Below, piece after piece: positions 1 to 10,230 of a stretch of 47,791 nt of DNA (its first letter is position 1; the number at the start of each line of letters is the position of its first letter). The stretch comes from an uncultured Ruminiclostridium sp. (lineage in GTDB: Bacteria > Bacillota > Clostridia > Oscillospirales > Oscillospiraceae): contig CAZSWQ010000001.1 in NCBI GenBank assembly GCA_964611025.1, positions 1 through 47,791 on the forward strand. The letters are read 5' to 3'. The notes beneath the pieces were generated by a model, which saw nothing but the letters and a program-made list of their open reading frames with translations, had not been told where the DNA came from and did no database searches. Both the position numbers and the translations under genes were made by a program.

Positions 1-23
1 GGGACGATGCCCACATCGTCCCC
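1..23. repeat. REP-like palindrome (type C core), cut by window edge
   Basis: GGGACGATG-CCCA-CATCGTCCC hairpin; the same core occurs at 30749-30774 and 40799-40825. Confidence 0.8.
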
Positions 24-78
24 AGATGCAAATCACGGTGCTATGTCCACATCGTTCCAAGGGTCGGTATGGGGAAAA

Positions 79-1305
79 TCAGCCGATGCTGACACGGTGG
101 AAGGTCTTTTTGCCCTTCTTGATGACAATGCCTTCGCCAGAAAGTGCTTCGGCAGAGATGCTGTGGGCAATGTCCGCAATTTTCTCGCCAGCCACTTCCA
201 CGCCACCCTGCTGTACCAGCCGACGAGCTTCGCCCTTGGAGGGGGTCAGCTTGGTCTTGACCATGACGTCCAAGAGACCGATTGCACCGTCGGTGAGCTC
301 ATCTGCCGTCAGGGTGGTGCTGGGCATGTTTTCCAGATTGCCGCCGCCCGCAAAGAGACCCTTGGCGGTTTCTTCTGCCTTTTTGGCTTCTTCTTCGCCG
401 TGAATCATCTTGGTGAGTTCAAAGGCGAGAATTTCCTTGGCACGGTTCAGCTGACTGCCTTCCCAAGTGCTCATGGCATCAATTTCTTCCAAGGGCAGGA
501 AGGTCAGCATACGGATGCACTTGAGCACGTCGGCATCTTCAATGTTTCTCCAATACTGGTAGAACTGGTAAGGAGAAGTCTTTTCGGGGTCGAGCCAGAC
601 CGCACCGCCCATGGTCTTGCCCATCTTCTTGCCGTCGGAGGTCAGAAGCAGGGTGATGGTCATGGCGTGGGAGTCCTTGTGGAGCTTACGGCGGATGAGT
701 TCCGTACCAGCGAGCATATTCGACCACTGGTCATCGCCACCGAACTGCATATTACAGCCGTAGTGCTGGAACAAATGGTAGAAGTCATAGGCTTGCATAA
801 TCATGTAGTTGAACTCAAAGAAGCTCAAGCCCTGTGCCATGCGGTTTTTGTAGCATTCAGCACGGAGCATGTTGTTGACGGAGAAGCAAGCCCCGACATC
901 ACGCAAAAGCTCAATGTAATTCAAGCCCAAGAGCCAATCGGCGTTGTTGACCATCTGTGCCTTATCTTCGCCAAATTCAATGAATTTTTCCATCTGCTTC
1001 TTGAAGCAGGCACAGTTGTGCTCGATGGTTTCCACGGTCATGACGTTACGCATGTCGCTGCGACCCGAGGGGTCGCCGACCATGCCCGTACCGCCCCCGA
1101 TGAGGGCAATGGGACGGTTGCCACCCATTTGCAAACGCTTCATCAGGCACAGTGCCATGAAGTGCCCCACATGCAGGGAGTCGGCGGTGGGGTCAAAGCC
1201 GATATAAAAGGTTGCCTTCCCATTGTTGACCAGTTCTCTGATTTCTGCTTCGTTGGTGACCTGAGCAATCAGCCCACGGGCGACCAGTTCGTCATACAGT
1301 TGCAT
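79..1305 (-). CDS. tyrS: Tyrosine--tRNA ligase
   Basis: YIGFDPTADSLHVGH (HIGH), QFGGDDQWSN, KMGKT (KMSKS) and C-terminal S4-like domain; ATG at 1305 follows AAGAGG. Confidence 0.97.
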   Translation of the reverse strand: MQLYDELVARGLIAQVTNEAEIRELVNNGKATFYIGFDPTADSLHVGHFMALCLMKRLQMGGNRPIALIGGGTGMVGDPSGRSDMRNVMTVETIEHNCACFKKQMEKFIEFGEDKAQMVNNADWLLGLNYIELLRDVGACFSVNNMLRAECYKNRMAQGLSFFEFNYMIMQAYDFYHLFQHYGCNMQFGGDDQWSNMLAGTELIRRKLHKDSHAMTITLLLTSDGKKMGKTMGGAVWLDPEKTSPYQFYQYWRNIEDADVLKCIRMLTFLPLEEIDAMSTWEGSQLNRAKEILAFELTKMIHGEEEAKKAEETAKGLFAGGGNLENMPSTTLTADELTDGAIGLLDVMVKTKLTPSKGEARRLVQQGGVEVAGEKIADIAHSISAEALSGEGIVIKKGKKTFHRVSIG

Positions 1306-1345
1306 TGTTGTTGTCCTCTTTCTGTGATTGATTCTGGTGGCTGGA

Positions 1346-1620
1346 CGCAAAAAACACCCTCCGTCGAAAGACAGAGGGTGAAAAAAATCACGGTACCACC
1401 TCTATATTTTCGTCCCCTCACGGGAACGAACTCAAAGGGTTGCAGGCAAAACCGCCCCAACCCAAACGCTCTAACGGGCGTCAAGCGACACACTCCTACT
1501 AAAAAAATTTGTTCGGAGGGCTGTTCCGAGGGGTATTGGGCAGAGGGCTTTCTCCCTTTTCCAGCGTACAAGGGTTCTCTGTGCAAAGTGTGCTCTGCTT
1601 ACTCGTTCTCGTCATCACAG
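1346..1620 (-). promoter_or_regulatory. T-box riboswitch (Tyr) with terminator
   Basis: Minus strand: AGTA, CAGAGA and GCTG stem I motifs; specifier AA-TAC (1533-1535); T-box GAGGTGGTACCGTG; terminator CACCCTCTGTC-TTTC-GACGGAGGGTG-TTTTTT. Confidence 0.92.
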
Positions 1621-1640
1621 TCTCTTATGAAATTGGCTTG

Positions 1641-1669
1641 AGTATACTATGCCCAAGGGCAAATGTCAA
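1641..1669 (-). promoter_or_regulatory. SigA-type promoter of tyrS leader
   Basis: TTGACA-17 nt-TATACT. Confidence 0.8.
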
Positions 1670-1787
1670 GCATTTTTCTCAGGTGTGCAGGAAAGATTGC
1701 CCCCATTGCCCCTGTGCATTTGCACATACATAAAATTTGCTTGACTTTGGCATACTGAGGGCAACACAGAAAAGGAGGTGAGGGCTT

Positions 1788-1997
1788 ATGTTGGATAAAA
1801 TTGTTTTGGCACTCATCATCATCGGTGGCATCAACTGGGGCTCAATTGGGATTTTTGGTCTCGACTTGGTGGGCAGTCTCTTTGGTGGACAGGGCGCAGT
1901 GGTCAGCCGTTTGATTTTTTCTCTGGTGGGTCTGGCGGCACTGTGGAGCTTGTCTTTCTTCTTCAAGCATGACAGCATGGTTTCCCCCCAACACTAG
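1788..1997 (+). CDS. DUF378 (YuzA-like) small membrane protein
   Basis: IIGGINWG..GIFG.DLV..LFG..SR.IF.LVGLA signature; AGGAGG RBS. Confidence 0.88.
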   Translation: MLDKIVLALIIIGGINWGSIGIFGLDLVGSLFGGQGAVVSRLIFSLVGLAALWSLSFFFKHDSMVSPQH

Positions 1998-2000
1998 CAA

Positions 2001-2046
2001 AAGCCCCCTAGGAACGTGTGTGAACGCTCCTAGGGGGCTTTCTTTT
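2001..2046 (+). terminator. Intrinsic terminator
   Basis: AAGCCCCCTAGGA...TCCTAGGGGGCTT followed by TCTTTT. Confidence 0.75.
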
Positions 2047-2101
2047 GTCTGAGAGATTTGCTACACTAGAGCAGATACCGACAAAGGAAGTGCATAGCAT
2101 C

Positions 2102-2734
2102 ATGAAGACTTGTTTTATTTTTGGCGCAGGGGAATTCCACGGCATAGTGGAAGCCCCAAAAGCGGGCGATTGCGTCCTCGCCGCCGACGGGGGCTATACC
2201 CATTGTGTCCAAGCGGGCGTCCCTGTGGATTTGCTTCTGGGCGATTTCGACTCTCTGGACAGCTTGCCCCAAGACGTTCCGCTCGTACAATTTCCACCCG
2301 AAAAAGACGATACCGACACCATGCTTGCCCTCAAGCACGGGCTGGCACAGGGCTTTTCTCGTTTTGTGCTCTATGGCTGTGCAGGCGGGCGACTTGACCA
2401 CACGCTGGGCAACCTGCAAGCCCTCTTATTTCTGGCAGAGCAACAAGCTCAAGGATTTTTATACACCGACAGCCAAATCTTCACCGCCATACACAAAACA
2501 GATTTTGCATTTCATGCCCCACAGGGGGCGATTTTTTCCGTCTTCTGTCTGGGGAAAGAGACCCCCGTTTCCATTGAGGGCGCACAGTATGCCGTGCAAC
2601 ATGTGCCCATGTCTGCCAGTTTTCCTCTGGGGCTGAGTAATGTCTCTCTGGGGGGCAGGGTATGCATCACTGCCCACGAGGCAAGTCTCCTGCTCGCCCT
2701 GCCTTGTGGGGACGATGTGGGCATCATGGAATGA
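2102..2734 (+). CDS. thiN: Thiamine diphosphokinase
   Basis: AADGG, GDFDS, EKDDTD, GGRLDH and PLGLSN motifs; ATG at 2102. Confidence 0.93.
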   Translation: MKTCFIFGAGEFHGIVEAPKAGDCVLAADGGYTHCVQAGVPVDLLLGDFDSLDSLPQDVPLVQFPPEKDDTDTMLALKHGLAQGFSRFVLYGCAGGRLDHTLGNLQALLFLAEQQAQGFLYTDSQIFTAIHKTDFAFHAPQGAIFSVFCLGKETPVSIEGAQYAVQHVPMSASFPLGLSNVSLGGRVCITAHEASLLLALPCGDDVGIME

Positions 2735-2822
2735 AAGTCACGGGCTTGGTGTTGGTGGGACGTCGAGATGCCGTCCCCTACGGGGGGGATAGAAGACAGG
2801 GGCGGATATTATTCGCCCCTAC
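2706..2822 (-). repeat. Cluster of three GTAG-type REP-like palindromes (A, B, partial C)
   Basis: Minus strand: GTAGGGGCGAATAATATCCGCCCC (2822-2799), GTAGGGGACGGCATCTCGACGTCCC (2781-2757), GATGCCCACATCGTCCCCAC (2725-2706). Confidence 0.8.
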
Positions 2823-2843
2823 TAAGCAGATGGTTGAATCGGT

Positions 2844-3008
2844 TTATTTTTTGAAGCGATTTTTGAGTTCTGGCACAGCACCTACTGCCACACCAATGAC
2901 AATGCCCAAGGCTAAGTTGTCGATGATAATGCCCAATAAAATGCCAAACAGCAGTCCCTTCGCAATCGGCGCACTGTCTTTTTCAGCGTTCTTTTTTTGC
3001 TTTGCCAT
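2844..3008 (-). CDS. 54-aa glycine-rich small membrane protein (not in ORF track)
   Basis: Hand translation MAKQKKNAEKDSAPIAKGLLFGILLGIIIDNLALGIVIGVAVGAVPELKNRFKK*; AAGGAG 7 nt before ATG. Confidence 0.75.
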   Translation of the reverse strand: MAKQKKNAEKDSAPIAKGLLFGILLGIIIDNLALGIVIGVAVGAVPELKNRFKK

Positions 3009-3048
3009 GCCATCGCTCCTTTTTTAGTTTATGGTGATGAACTAAGGT

Positions 3049-4731
3049 TTATTTTCTCTCGAGAAGTTGGAAGTGTGTCACGAGTTTGTCCAAGAGGGCG
3101 GCTTGGTGTTTGAGTTCCTGCGATGCCTGTGCGCTGTGCTCTGCGGTCGTGGAATTGCTCTCGACGACCGCCGAAATTTCTTCCACCGCAGATAAAATTT
3201 CCGTCATGCCCTTTGCCTGTTCCTCCGATGCCTGCGTAATTTTCGCAATGCTCTCCAAGGACTCCTCACTGCTTTCCACAATGCGGGTGAGCGACTGCAC
3301 GGTTTTTTCGGCAATGCCTGTACCCACTGCCACCGCCTGCATGGTGCTCTCAATGAGCTCAGTTGTGCCACGGGCAGCTTCTGCGGATTTCTGCGCCAAG
3401 TTACGCACCTCGTCTGCCACCACGGCAAAGCCCTTCCCTGCTGCCCCTGCACGGGCGGCTTCCACGGCGGCATTGAGTGCTAAGATATTCGTCTGGAAGG
3501 CAATGTCATCAATGGTTTTGATAATCTTCCCAATTTCCTTGGATTTTTGCTCAATATCGCCCATGGCATGGCGCATTTCTTGCATTTGTCCCTGTCCAGA
3601 ATGGATGTGTTCTTCTGCCTGAATGGACAAGGCATTGGCATGCTGGGCATAGGTGTTACTCTCTTGGATTTGTGCAGAGACACTCTCCACCGTGCTGGAC
3701 AGTTCTGCAATGGTGCTCGCCTGCTGACTTGCCCCCGCAGAAAGCGAAACCGTGGCAGCGGAGGCACTCTCCGCCCCCTCGTTCACCTCGTCCGCTGTTT
3801 TGGCAATCTGCCCCAGCGTATCACTGAGCACTTTTTGGATATTATCCATGGCATCTAAAATGTGGATGTGTTCGCCCACATAACGACTGCGGTCTTCCAC
3901 CTGACAGCGGAAATCTCCCTTGGACATGGCAAAGAGCACCTGACGCACATCTTGTATGATATGGGTCAAGGTGTCATTCATCTGGCGGAAATTCTGGGCG
4001 AGCTGTCCAATTTCATCTTTGCCCGACTCGGGCAGAATCACGTCCATATTGCCCTGCGTCATCTGACGGCTGGCTTCTTCCAGACGCTTGATGCGGGGCA
4101 CAATCGACGAAAGAATACGGCGTACAGAGAGCACCGTAAAGATGGCAATGACAATCATGGTCGTCACGGTGATGATATTGGAATAGTTCTGGGCTTTTGC
4201 GATGTCTTGGGTATAGGCATCCCCTTGGGCGGTGGCTTCGATGATGATGTCATCGAGCTGTTTATCGCCTGCCAGAGCAATGGGATAATATTCCTCCTCT
4301 GCCACACGCTTTGCCCCTGCCATGTCGCCTGCTTCCACACATGCTAAGAGCTTATCTCTCGCCGCCCCGACGTCTGCACCAGACTTTTGCATCTCCGCCA
4401 TGACGCTGGCATCTGCCTTGTAATGCTCCATGAGTTGTCCTGCAACTGCCCCGATTTCAGCACCCATACCCATGGCAATGTCTATGTATTTTTGGGTCAC
4501 GGTGGGGTCATCGACCATCAGGGCACGGAAAAAATATTGCTTTTGAATTTCTTTTTTTACTTTCATTTCATATGCATAATCCTTGGTCAAATAAGGGCCG
4601 TCCAAAAAAATCGCATAATCTTTTTGGATGCTCCGCAAGCCCAAGACAGAAATACAGGTGACAATCAAGAGACCCAAAAGGGTCAGCCCAAAGCCAAACC
4701 ACAATCGTTTGGCAATCTGCATATTTTTCAT
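3049..4731 (-). CDS. Methyl-accepting chemotaxis protein
   Basis: Two TM helices around a helical sensor region, HAMP (DEIGQLA), signalling domain [35 protein letters not shown]. Confidence 0.95.
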   Translation of the reverse strand: MKNMQIAKRLWFGFGLTLLGLLIVTCISVLGLRSIQKDYAIFLDGPYLTKDYAYEMKVKKEIQKQYFFRALMVDDPTVTQKYIDIAMGMGAEIGAVAGQLMEHYKADASVMAEMQKSGADVGAARDKLLACVEAGDMAGAKRVAEEEYYPIALAGDKQLDDIIIEATAQGDAYTQDIAKAQNYSNIITVTTMIVIAIFTVLSVRRILSSIVPRIKRLEEASRQMTQGNMDVILPESGKDEIGQLAQNFRQMNDTLTHIIQDVRQVLFAMSKGDFRCQVEDRSRYVGEHIHILDAMDNIQKVLSDTLGQIAKTADEVNEGAESASAATVSLSAGASQQASTIAELSSTVESVSAQIQESNTYAQHANALSIQAEEHIHSGQGQMQEMRHAMGDIEQKSKEIGKIIKTIDDIAFQTNILALNAAVEAARAGAAGKGFAVVADEVRNLAQKSAEAARGTTELIESTMQAVAVGTGIAEKTVQSLTRIVESSEESLESIAKITQASEEQAKGMTEILSAVEEISAVVESNSTTAEHSAQASQELKHQAALLDKLVTHFQLLERK

Positions 4732-4803
4732 CTAATATCCTCCTTTGGATGGGGTTTTTGCTATACTCTTACAAAAATACCACAAATCCAGCTACTTTGC
4801 AAG

Positions 4804-4837
4804 AAAAAAGGACAGCCCCAAAAGAGGATGTCCTTTT
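4804..4837 (-). terminator. Intrinsic terminator
   Basis: AAAAGGACA...TGTCCTTTT inverted repeat just after the stop at 4853. Confidence 0.6.
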
Positions 4838-4852
4838 GATAAAAACGCAGTA

Positions 4853-5674
4853 TCACATGAGACGGGCGGTGTAATAGACCGCCATGACGAAAACCCAGAC
4901 AATCAGGGACAAAAAGGCATAGTAGGCAAAGCCCATACCCAAAAACAGTGCCGCCACCAAGCAGAGCACCACCGCCACACTGGTCAGCCAAATGAGTCCG
5001 TAATTGGCATCGTCTGCAAAGACTTCCCGCTCGCACTTGCACCAAGTGCATTGCCCTTCGTTGCGGGACAAGTGCCAAGAAAAACCCACAATCACTGCCA
5101 CGACCACAATCCCCACGACCAAATAGGCATGGTAAAGAGACAAGGGCAGGGTATTCTGGGTCTGTCGGAACACCCACAGACCAAAAATGCCCACTGTCGA
5201 GAGCAGGGTCAAAACAAAAAATTCTTTTTGATAGAGGTAGTAGACCAGCATCAATGCCCCCAGACTGGGGATGCTTGCCAGAAGCAGGGATACGGAAGAC
5301 TGACCCACCTGCAAAAACAGAATCGCACAGACAGACAGCAGGATACAGCTTACACCCAGAACGGAACGTATCATGCCTGCCTTGGGGTATTTTCTATGTG
5401 CAAAGATGGCACAGAGCAAGAGCAGGACACCCACACCGACACCTGCATATTGTAAGACTTCTAACACCTGCATGAGAGACAGGGCGAGTTGGATTTCATT
5501 GGTCATATAGTGGAAGAAATAGCGATTGCCCAACAAAACCAAAATTTCCAAGCAGACCACCGCCGCCAAGCAGGTCAAGACCCGTCGAAAAATGGCGAGT
5601 TCTTGTTCCTCTTTCATGGCTCGCAATGCCTGTACTTCTTTCTCATTATCAATCATAGATTCAAACGCTCCCAC
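4853..5674 (-). CDS. Hypothetical polytopic membrane protein
   Basis: Long ORF with roughly 8 hydrophobic segments; has its own promoter and terminator; start uncertain. Confidence 0.75.
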   Translation of the reverse strand: MGAFESMIDNEKEVQALRAMKEEQELAIFRRVLTCLAAVVCLEILVLLGNRYFFHYMTNEIQLALSLMQVLEVLQYAGVGVGVLLLLCAIFAHRKYPKAGMIRSVLGVSCILLSVCAILFLQVGQSSVSLLLASIPSLGALMLVYYLYQKEFFVLTLLSTVGIFGLWVFRQTQNTLPLSLYHAYLVVGIVVVAVIVGFSWHLSRNEGQCTWCKCEREVFADDANYGLIWLTSVAVVLCLVAALFLGMGFAYYAFLSLIVWVFVMAVYYTARLM

Positions 5675-5766
5675 ATTTTGATGATTCGCCTCCGCTCCAT
5701 CCGATGTTGGAGAAGAATGACAAATGCCACAGGAAAGCCCCGTGAGGGTATTTTGTCATGCAGTAC

Positions 5767-5795
5767 ATCATATCAGAAAATACCCTTTTTTGCAA
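5767..5795 (-). promoter_or_regulatory. Putative SigA promoter
   Basis: TTGCAA-17 nt-TATGAT. Confidence 0.55.
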
Positions 5796-5855
5796 GGGGA
5801 AAATGCTCGATTCCAAGTGAGCGGGGTATTTTTTCTCTCTTTTTTACCCAGACAC

Positions 5856-5892
5856 AAAAAACAGGACACCCCGAAAGGCATCCTGTTTTTTT
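5856..5892 (-). terminator. Terminator of pyr operon
   Basis: AAAAAACAGGA...TCCTGTTTTTT immediately after pyrI stop. Confidence 0.75.
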
Positions 5893-5895
5893 CCG

Positions 5896-6312
5896 TCAAT
5901 CCGCTTGTACTTCGCAATAAATGCAACGATATATGCCGTTTTCTTCGTCCGTCAGGCGGAAAACGTGGGGCAATTCCTGCTCAGTCGAGGTGATACAACG
6001 GGGGTTTTTGCAGTGGATGATGTTGGTCAGTTGCTGGGGCAGGGGGGGTGTGATTTTTTGCAGGAGCTTGCCTGCACGAATTAAATTTACGGTGATATGA
6101 CGGTCAATGTAACCCAAGACCTCATAATTCAGGTCAATGACCTGATTGATTTTCAGGACATCCTTTTTCCGACGCTTACGGCTGTCTGCGTTCTTGACCC
6201 AGACGATTTCACAATCCAGCTCGTCCAAGTGCAGGGCGTTGTACAGTTCCATGCCCCGCCCTGCGGGGATGTGGTCAATGACAATGCCATCGACAATATT
6301 GCCAATAATCAT
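5896..6312 (-). CDS. pyrI: Aspartate carbamoyltransferase regulatory subunit
   Basis: [10 protein letters not shown]; Zn ligands CKNPRCIT and YRCIYCE. Confidence 0.93.
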   Translation of the reverse strand: MIIGNIVDGIVIDHIPAGRGMELYNALHLDELDCEIVWVKNADSRKRRKKDVLKINQVIDLNYEVLGYIDRHITVNLIRAGKLLQKITPPLPQQLTNIIHCKNPRCITSTEQELPHVFRLTDEENGIYRCIYCEVQAD

Positions 6313-7226
6313 ACCGTTACCTCCAAAAGTTTCAAAATCAATGCCATACGGATGTACTTTCCGTACAGGGTTTGCTTGAAATAACAGGCTCTGGGGTCGT
6401 CGTCCACCGCCACGGAAATTTCATTCACACGGGGCAGAGGGTGCAAGATGCTCATATCTGCTTTCGCACGGACGAGCTTCTGGGGTGTTAAGACATAACT
6501 ATCTTTCAAACGGATATAATCCGCTTCATTGAAAAAGCGTTCCCGCTGGACACGGGTCATATAGAGAATATCCAGACGGGGCATGACTGCTTCCAAATCA
6601 TGGGTTTCCTCATAGGACAAGCCCTTGCGGTCGAGCACTTCTTCTTTGACATAATCGGGCAAGCACAGCTCCTCGGGGGAGATGAGTACAAAGTGAATCC
6701 CTGTATAGCGGGACAGGGCGGCAATGAGCGAATGGACAGTACGCCCAAATTTCAAATCGCCACACAAGCCCACACAGAGGTTTTCAAAGCGCCCCTTTTC
6801 CCGATAAATCGTGATGAGGTCGGCAAGGGTCTGCGTGGGGTGGTTGTGCCCGCCGTCCCCTGCATTGATGATGGGCACAGCGGATTTCAAAGATGCCACC
6901 AAGGGTGCGCCCTCTTTTGGGTGACGCATGGCGATGATATCCGCATAGCCACTGACGACTTTGATGGTATCGGAAACGCTCTCGCCTTTGGAGGTCGAGG
7001 AGCTACCAGAATCCGAAAAGCCCAAAACATGCCCACCCAATTCATACATTGCCGCCTCAAAGCTCAGGCGGGTGCGGGTGGAAGGCTCGAAAAACAAAGT
7101 CGCCAATTTTTTGCCCGCACAGGCACTGCTGTACTTAGCGGGCTGGTCAATGATATCGTTGGCGGTGGCAATCAAGCCCTGCAATTCCTCGGGTGTAAAA
7201 TCCAAAATGTCAATCAGGTGACGCAT
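6309..7226 (-). CDS. pyrB: Aspartate carbamoyltransferase catalytic subunit
   Basis: [31 protein letters not shown] at 7226. Confidence 0.97.
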   Translation of the reverse strand: MRHLIDILDFTPEELQGLIATANDIIDQPAKYSSACAGKKLATLFFEPSTRTRLSFEAAMYELGGHVLGFSDSGSSSTSKGESVSDTIKVVSGYADIIAMRHPKEGAPLVASLKSAVPIINAGDGGHNHPTQTLADLITIYREKGRFENLCVGLCGDLKFGRTVHSLIAALSRYTGIHFVLISPEELCLPDYVKEEVLDRKGLSYEETHDLEAVMPRLDILYMTRVQRERFFNEADYIRLKDSYVLTPQKLVRAKADMSILHPLPRVNEISVAVDDDPRACYFKQTLYGKYIRMALILKLLEVTV

Positions 7227-7227
7227 A

Positions 7228-7860
7228 TTAGCCCCCAATCCAGCTCTCGTCAGAGGGATTGGCACGGAACGCCAAAAGACGTTGGATATCGGTCTGGGCA
7301 ATCGAGCCATTTTGGGCGGCGACTTCGACCACCGCATCGAAATTGGAGAGGCTGATGTTCTGCACATTTGCCTTTGCCAAGCGGTCTAAACCCTTTTGCA
7401 TGCCATAGGTGAAGATGCTCACCACACCCAAAACTTCTGCCCCTGCTTCACGCAGGCTCTCCACCACTTCGATGACACTGCCACCGGTGGAAATCAGGTC
7501 TTCAATGACCACCACTTTCTGACCTGCTTCGAGCTTGCCCTCGATGCGGTTGTTTCTGCCGTGGTCTTTTGCACCAGAGCGGACATAGCCCATGGGCATA
7601 TCCAGAATGTGGGCGGCAATGGCGGCATGGGCAATGCCAGCGGTGCTCGTACCCATCAGGACTTCACAGCTGGGGTAGTGCTTTTTGACGGTCTCGGCAA
7701 TGGCGGTTTCGACCTGAATACGCACTTGGGGTGCGGTCAAAATCAAACGGTTGTCGCAGTAAATGGGGCTTTTGATGCCACTTGCCCAAGTGAAAGGGTC
7801 TTCTGGACGCAGGAACACTGCACCAATCGACAACAAACCTTCTGCAATGATTTTTTCCAT
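7228..7860 (-). CDS. pyrE: Orotate phosphoribosyltransferase
   Basis: [33 protein letters not shown] loop. Confidence 0.96.
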   Translation of the reverse strand: MEKIIAEGLLSIGAVFLRPEDPFTWASGIKSPIYCDNRLILTAPQVRIQVETAIAETVKKHYPSCEVLMGTSTAGIAHAAIAAHILDMPMGYVRSGAKDHGRNNRIEGKLEAGQKVVVIEDLISTGGSVIEVVESLREAGAEVLGVVSIFTYGMQKGLDRLAKANVQNISLSNFDAVVEVAAQNGSIAQTDIQRLLAFRANPSDESWIGG

Positions 7861-7881
7861 GAGTACATTCCTCCTTGTTTA

Positions 7882-8580
7882 TCAGCCGACAAATTCGGCA
7901 AGGCAACGCTGGTATGCCGCCACGGGGTCAGCGGCTGCGGTGATGGGTCTGCCCACCACGATATAATCCGAGCCAAGTTCTTTGGCACGGGCGGGGGTGG
8001 TGACACGCACTTGGTCGCCCACTTCGCCATCGGCAAAACGGATGCCAGGGGTGACGGTCATAAAAGCTTTGCCACAGTTGGCTTTGACGGTTTCCACTTC
8101 CAGAGGAGAGCAGACCACACCATCCAAACCAGCACCCTGCGTGGTCTTGGCGTAGTGCTGGACAACCGCCTCGAGGGGGTGTTCAATGAGCAAATCTGCC
8201 CGCATGCGTTCCTCACTGGTGGAGGTCAACTGGGTGACGGCAATGAGCAGGGGTCTTGTGCCGTCGGGACGGGTCAGACCACGCAGCGCACCTTCCATCA
8301 TGGCAGCCGTGCCACCTGCATGGACGTTGCACATATCCACGTCCAAATTGGACAGAACACGCATGGCTTTTTCCACCGTGTTGGGGATATCATGTAACTT
8401 CAAATCCAGAAAAATCTTATGTCCCAGTGCTTTGATTTCTCTGACCATGGCAGGGCCTTCTGCGTAGAACAATTCCATACCGATTTTGACAAAGGGCTTC
8501 TGTTCGGTGAACTGTGCCAAAAAATCCAAACAGGCTTTCTTGTCCGCAAAGTCACAGGCGATGATGACGTCTTTTCCCAT
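7882..8580 (-). CDS. pyrF: Orotidine-5'-phosphate decarboxylase
   Basis: [25 protein letters not shown]. Confidence 0.97.
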   Translation of the reverse strand: MGKDVIIACDFADKKACLDFLAQFTEQKPFVKIGMELFYAEGPAMVREIKALGHKIFLDLKLHDIPNTVEKAMRVLSNLDVDMCNVHAGGTAAMMEGALRGLTRPDGTRPLLIAVTQLTSTSEERMRADLLIEHPLEAVVQHYAKTTQGAGLDGVVCSPLEVETVKANCGKAFMTVTPGIRFADGEVGDQVRVTTPARAKELGSDYIVVGRPITAAADPVAAYQRCLAEFVG

Positions 8581-9491
8581 TAGTGCGCACCTCCGATGAT
8601 TTCTTTCAAGTCCGAAATGCCCAGCTTTTTCATGAGGGGGGGCAGGGCATCAATGATTTCCACGCAAGCGTAGGGGTTGACCAAGTTTGCCGCCCCGACC
8701 TGTACAGCAGTTGCCCCAGCGAGCATCATTTCAATGACATCGTCCGCCGAGCTGACCCCGCCAATGCCAATGACGGGAATTTTGACTGCCTCATAGACCT
8801 GATAGACCATACGCAGGGCGACGGGGAAAATGGCATTGCCCGAAAAACCACCCATGGTATTGGCAATGATGGGCTGACGTTTTTGCAGGTCGATACGCAT
8901 GCCGAGCAAGGTATTGATGAGGCTGATGCCGTCTGCCCCTGCTTCTTCGCAGGCTTGGGCAATGCTGGTAATGTCCGTCACGTTGGGACTGAGCTTGACA
9001 AAAATGGGCTTTTGGGTCACGGCTTTGATTTCACGGGTCACTTCTGCGACGGCTTCGGGGCTTGTCCCAAATGCCATCCCGCCGTTGTGGACATTGGGAC
9101 AACTGACGTTGACTTCAATCCAGCCCACTTGGTCTTCCTTGTCGATGCGTTCACAGCAACGGACATACTCTCCGATGGAAAAGCCACTGATGTTCGCCAT
9201 GACAGGCTTGTGGAAGCACTGTTTCAACTTGGGCAGTTCCTGAGAAATGACCTTATCAATGCCAGGATTTTGCAAGCCAACGGCGTTAATCATGCCCCCC
9301 TCACATTCTGCAATGCGGGGTGTGGGGTTGCCGAAACGGGGCACTAAGGTCGTCCCTTTGAAAGAGAACGTGCCCAGACGGTTGATATCAAACAGCTCGG
9401 CAAATTCATAGCCGAAGCCAAACGTACCGCTGGCAGGGATGATGGGGTTATCCAAGAGCAAGCCGCTCAAATTGACTTGTGTATTTACCAT
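8580..9491 (-). CDS. pyrD: Dihydroorotate dehydrogenase B, catalytic subunit
   Basis: ASGTFG, GNPTPR, NVSCPN, KLSPN; ATG at 9491. Confidence 0.96.
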   Translation of the reverse strand: MVNTQVNLSGLLLDNPIIPASGTFGFGYEFAELFDINRLGTFSFKGTTLVPRFGNPTPRIAECEGGMINAVGLQNPGIDKVISQELPKLKQCFHKPVMANISGFSIGEYVRCCERIDKEDQVGWIEVNVSCPNVHNGGMAFGTSPEAVAEVTREIKAVTQKPIFVKLSPNVTDITSIAQACEEAGADGISLINTLLGMRIDLQKRQPIIANTMGGFSGNAIFPVALRMVYQVYEAVKIPVIGIGGVSSADDVIEMMLAGATAVQVGAANLVNPYACVEIIDALPPLMKKLGISDLKEIIGGAH

Positions 9492-10216
9492 AGTATTTCT
9501 CCCTTTTTTAAGACAGGCCCTTCTTTGCAAATGCGTTTATAGCCTTCTGTGGTCTCGCAGGAACAGCCCATACATGCCCCGAAGCCACAGCCCATGCGTT
9601 CTTCAAAGCTGTATTCGCCCTCGCTCTGGCTCTCTCTGTGGATTGCCCTGAGCATTGCCTCGGGTCCGCAGGCATACACATAGCTGTAGGTTTTCTCCCG
9701 CATGGCATCGGTCACAAAGCCACGCAGACCCTGCGAGCCGTCCACCGTGGTCACGGTGACGTCCAGTCCCAGTGCAGCAAATTCTTCCGCATAAAAGACC
9801 TCATCCGCCTTGTTGAAGCCCAAAATAACTTGGGGCACAATGCCTTGGGCAAGCAAGCGTTTTGCCAGACCGTACATGGGGGGCACACCGACCCCACCGC
9901 CAATGAGCAAGGGGGCATCTCCTGCACGGTCGAGGGTATAGCCGTTGCCCAGACCCGTTAAAATATCCAATTCCGTGCCCAAGGGCAGGGTCTTCATCTT
10001 GGCAGTTCCCTTGCCCACCACCTTATATAAGATGGTGAGCGTGTTTTCCGTCCAGTCGCAGACGGAAATGGGACGACGCAGGAAAAAGCCCTCGAGGGCA
10101 ATGTTGACAAATTCCCCCGCATGCTGGATGGCGGAGGTATCGCCGTAGAGCACCATGCGGTAGACGTCTTGCGTCAGGGGTGCATGTTCGACGATGCGAA
10201 AGACACTTTGTTTCAT
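9485..10216 (-). CDS. pyrK: Dihydroorotate dehydrogenase electron transfer subunit
   Basis: LRRPIS, GGGVG.PP, EERMGCGFGACMGC...ICKEGP [2Fe-2S]; ATG at 10216. Confidence 0.95.
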   Translation of the reverse strand: MKQSVFRIVEHAPLTQDVYRMVLYGDTSAIQHAGEFVNIALEGFFLRRPISVCDWTENTLTILYKVVGKGTAKMKTLPLGTELDILTGLGNGYTLDRAGDAPLLIGGGVGVPPMYGLAKRLLAQGIVPQVILGFNKADEVFYAEEFAALGLDVTVTTVDGSQGLRGFVTDAMREKTYSYVYACGPEAMLRAIHRESQSEGEYSFEERMGCGFGACMGCSCETTEGYKRICKEGPVLKKGEILW

Positions 10217-10230
10217 AGGCAAGCTCCTCT

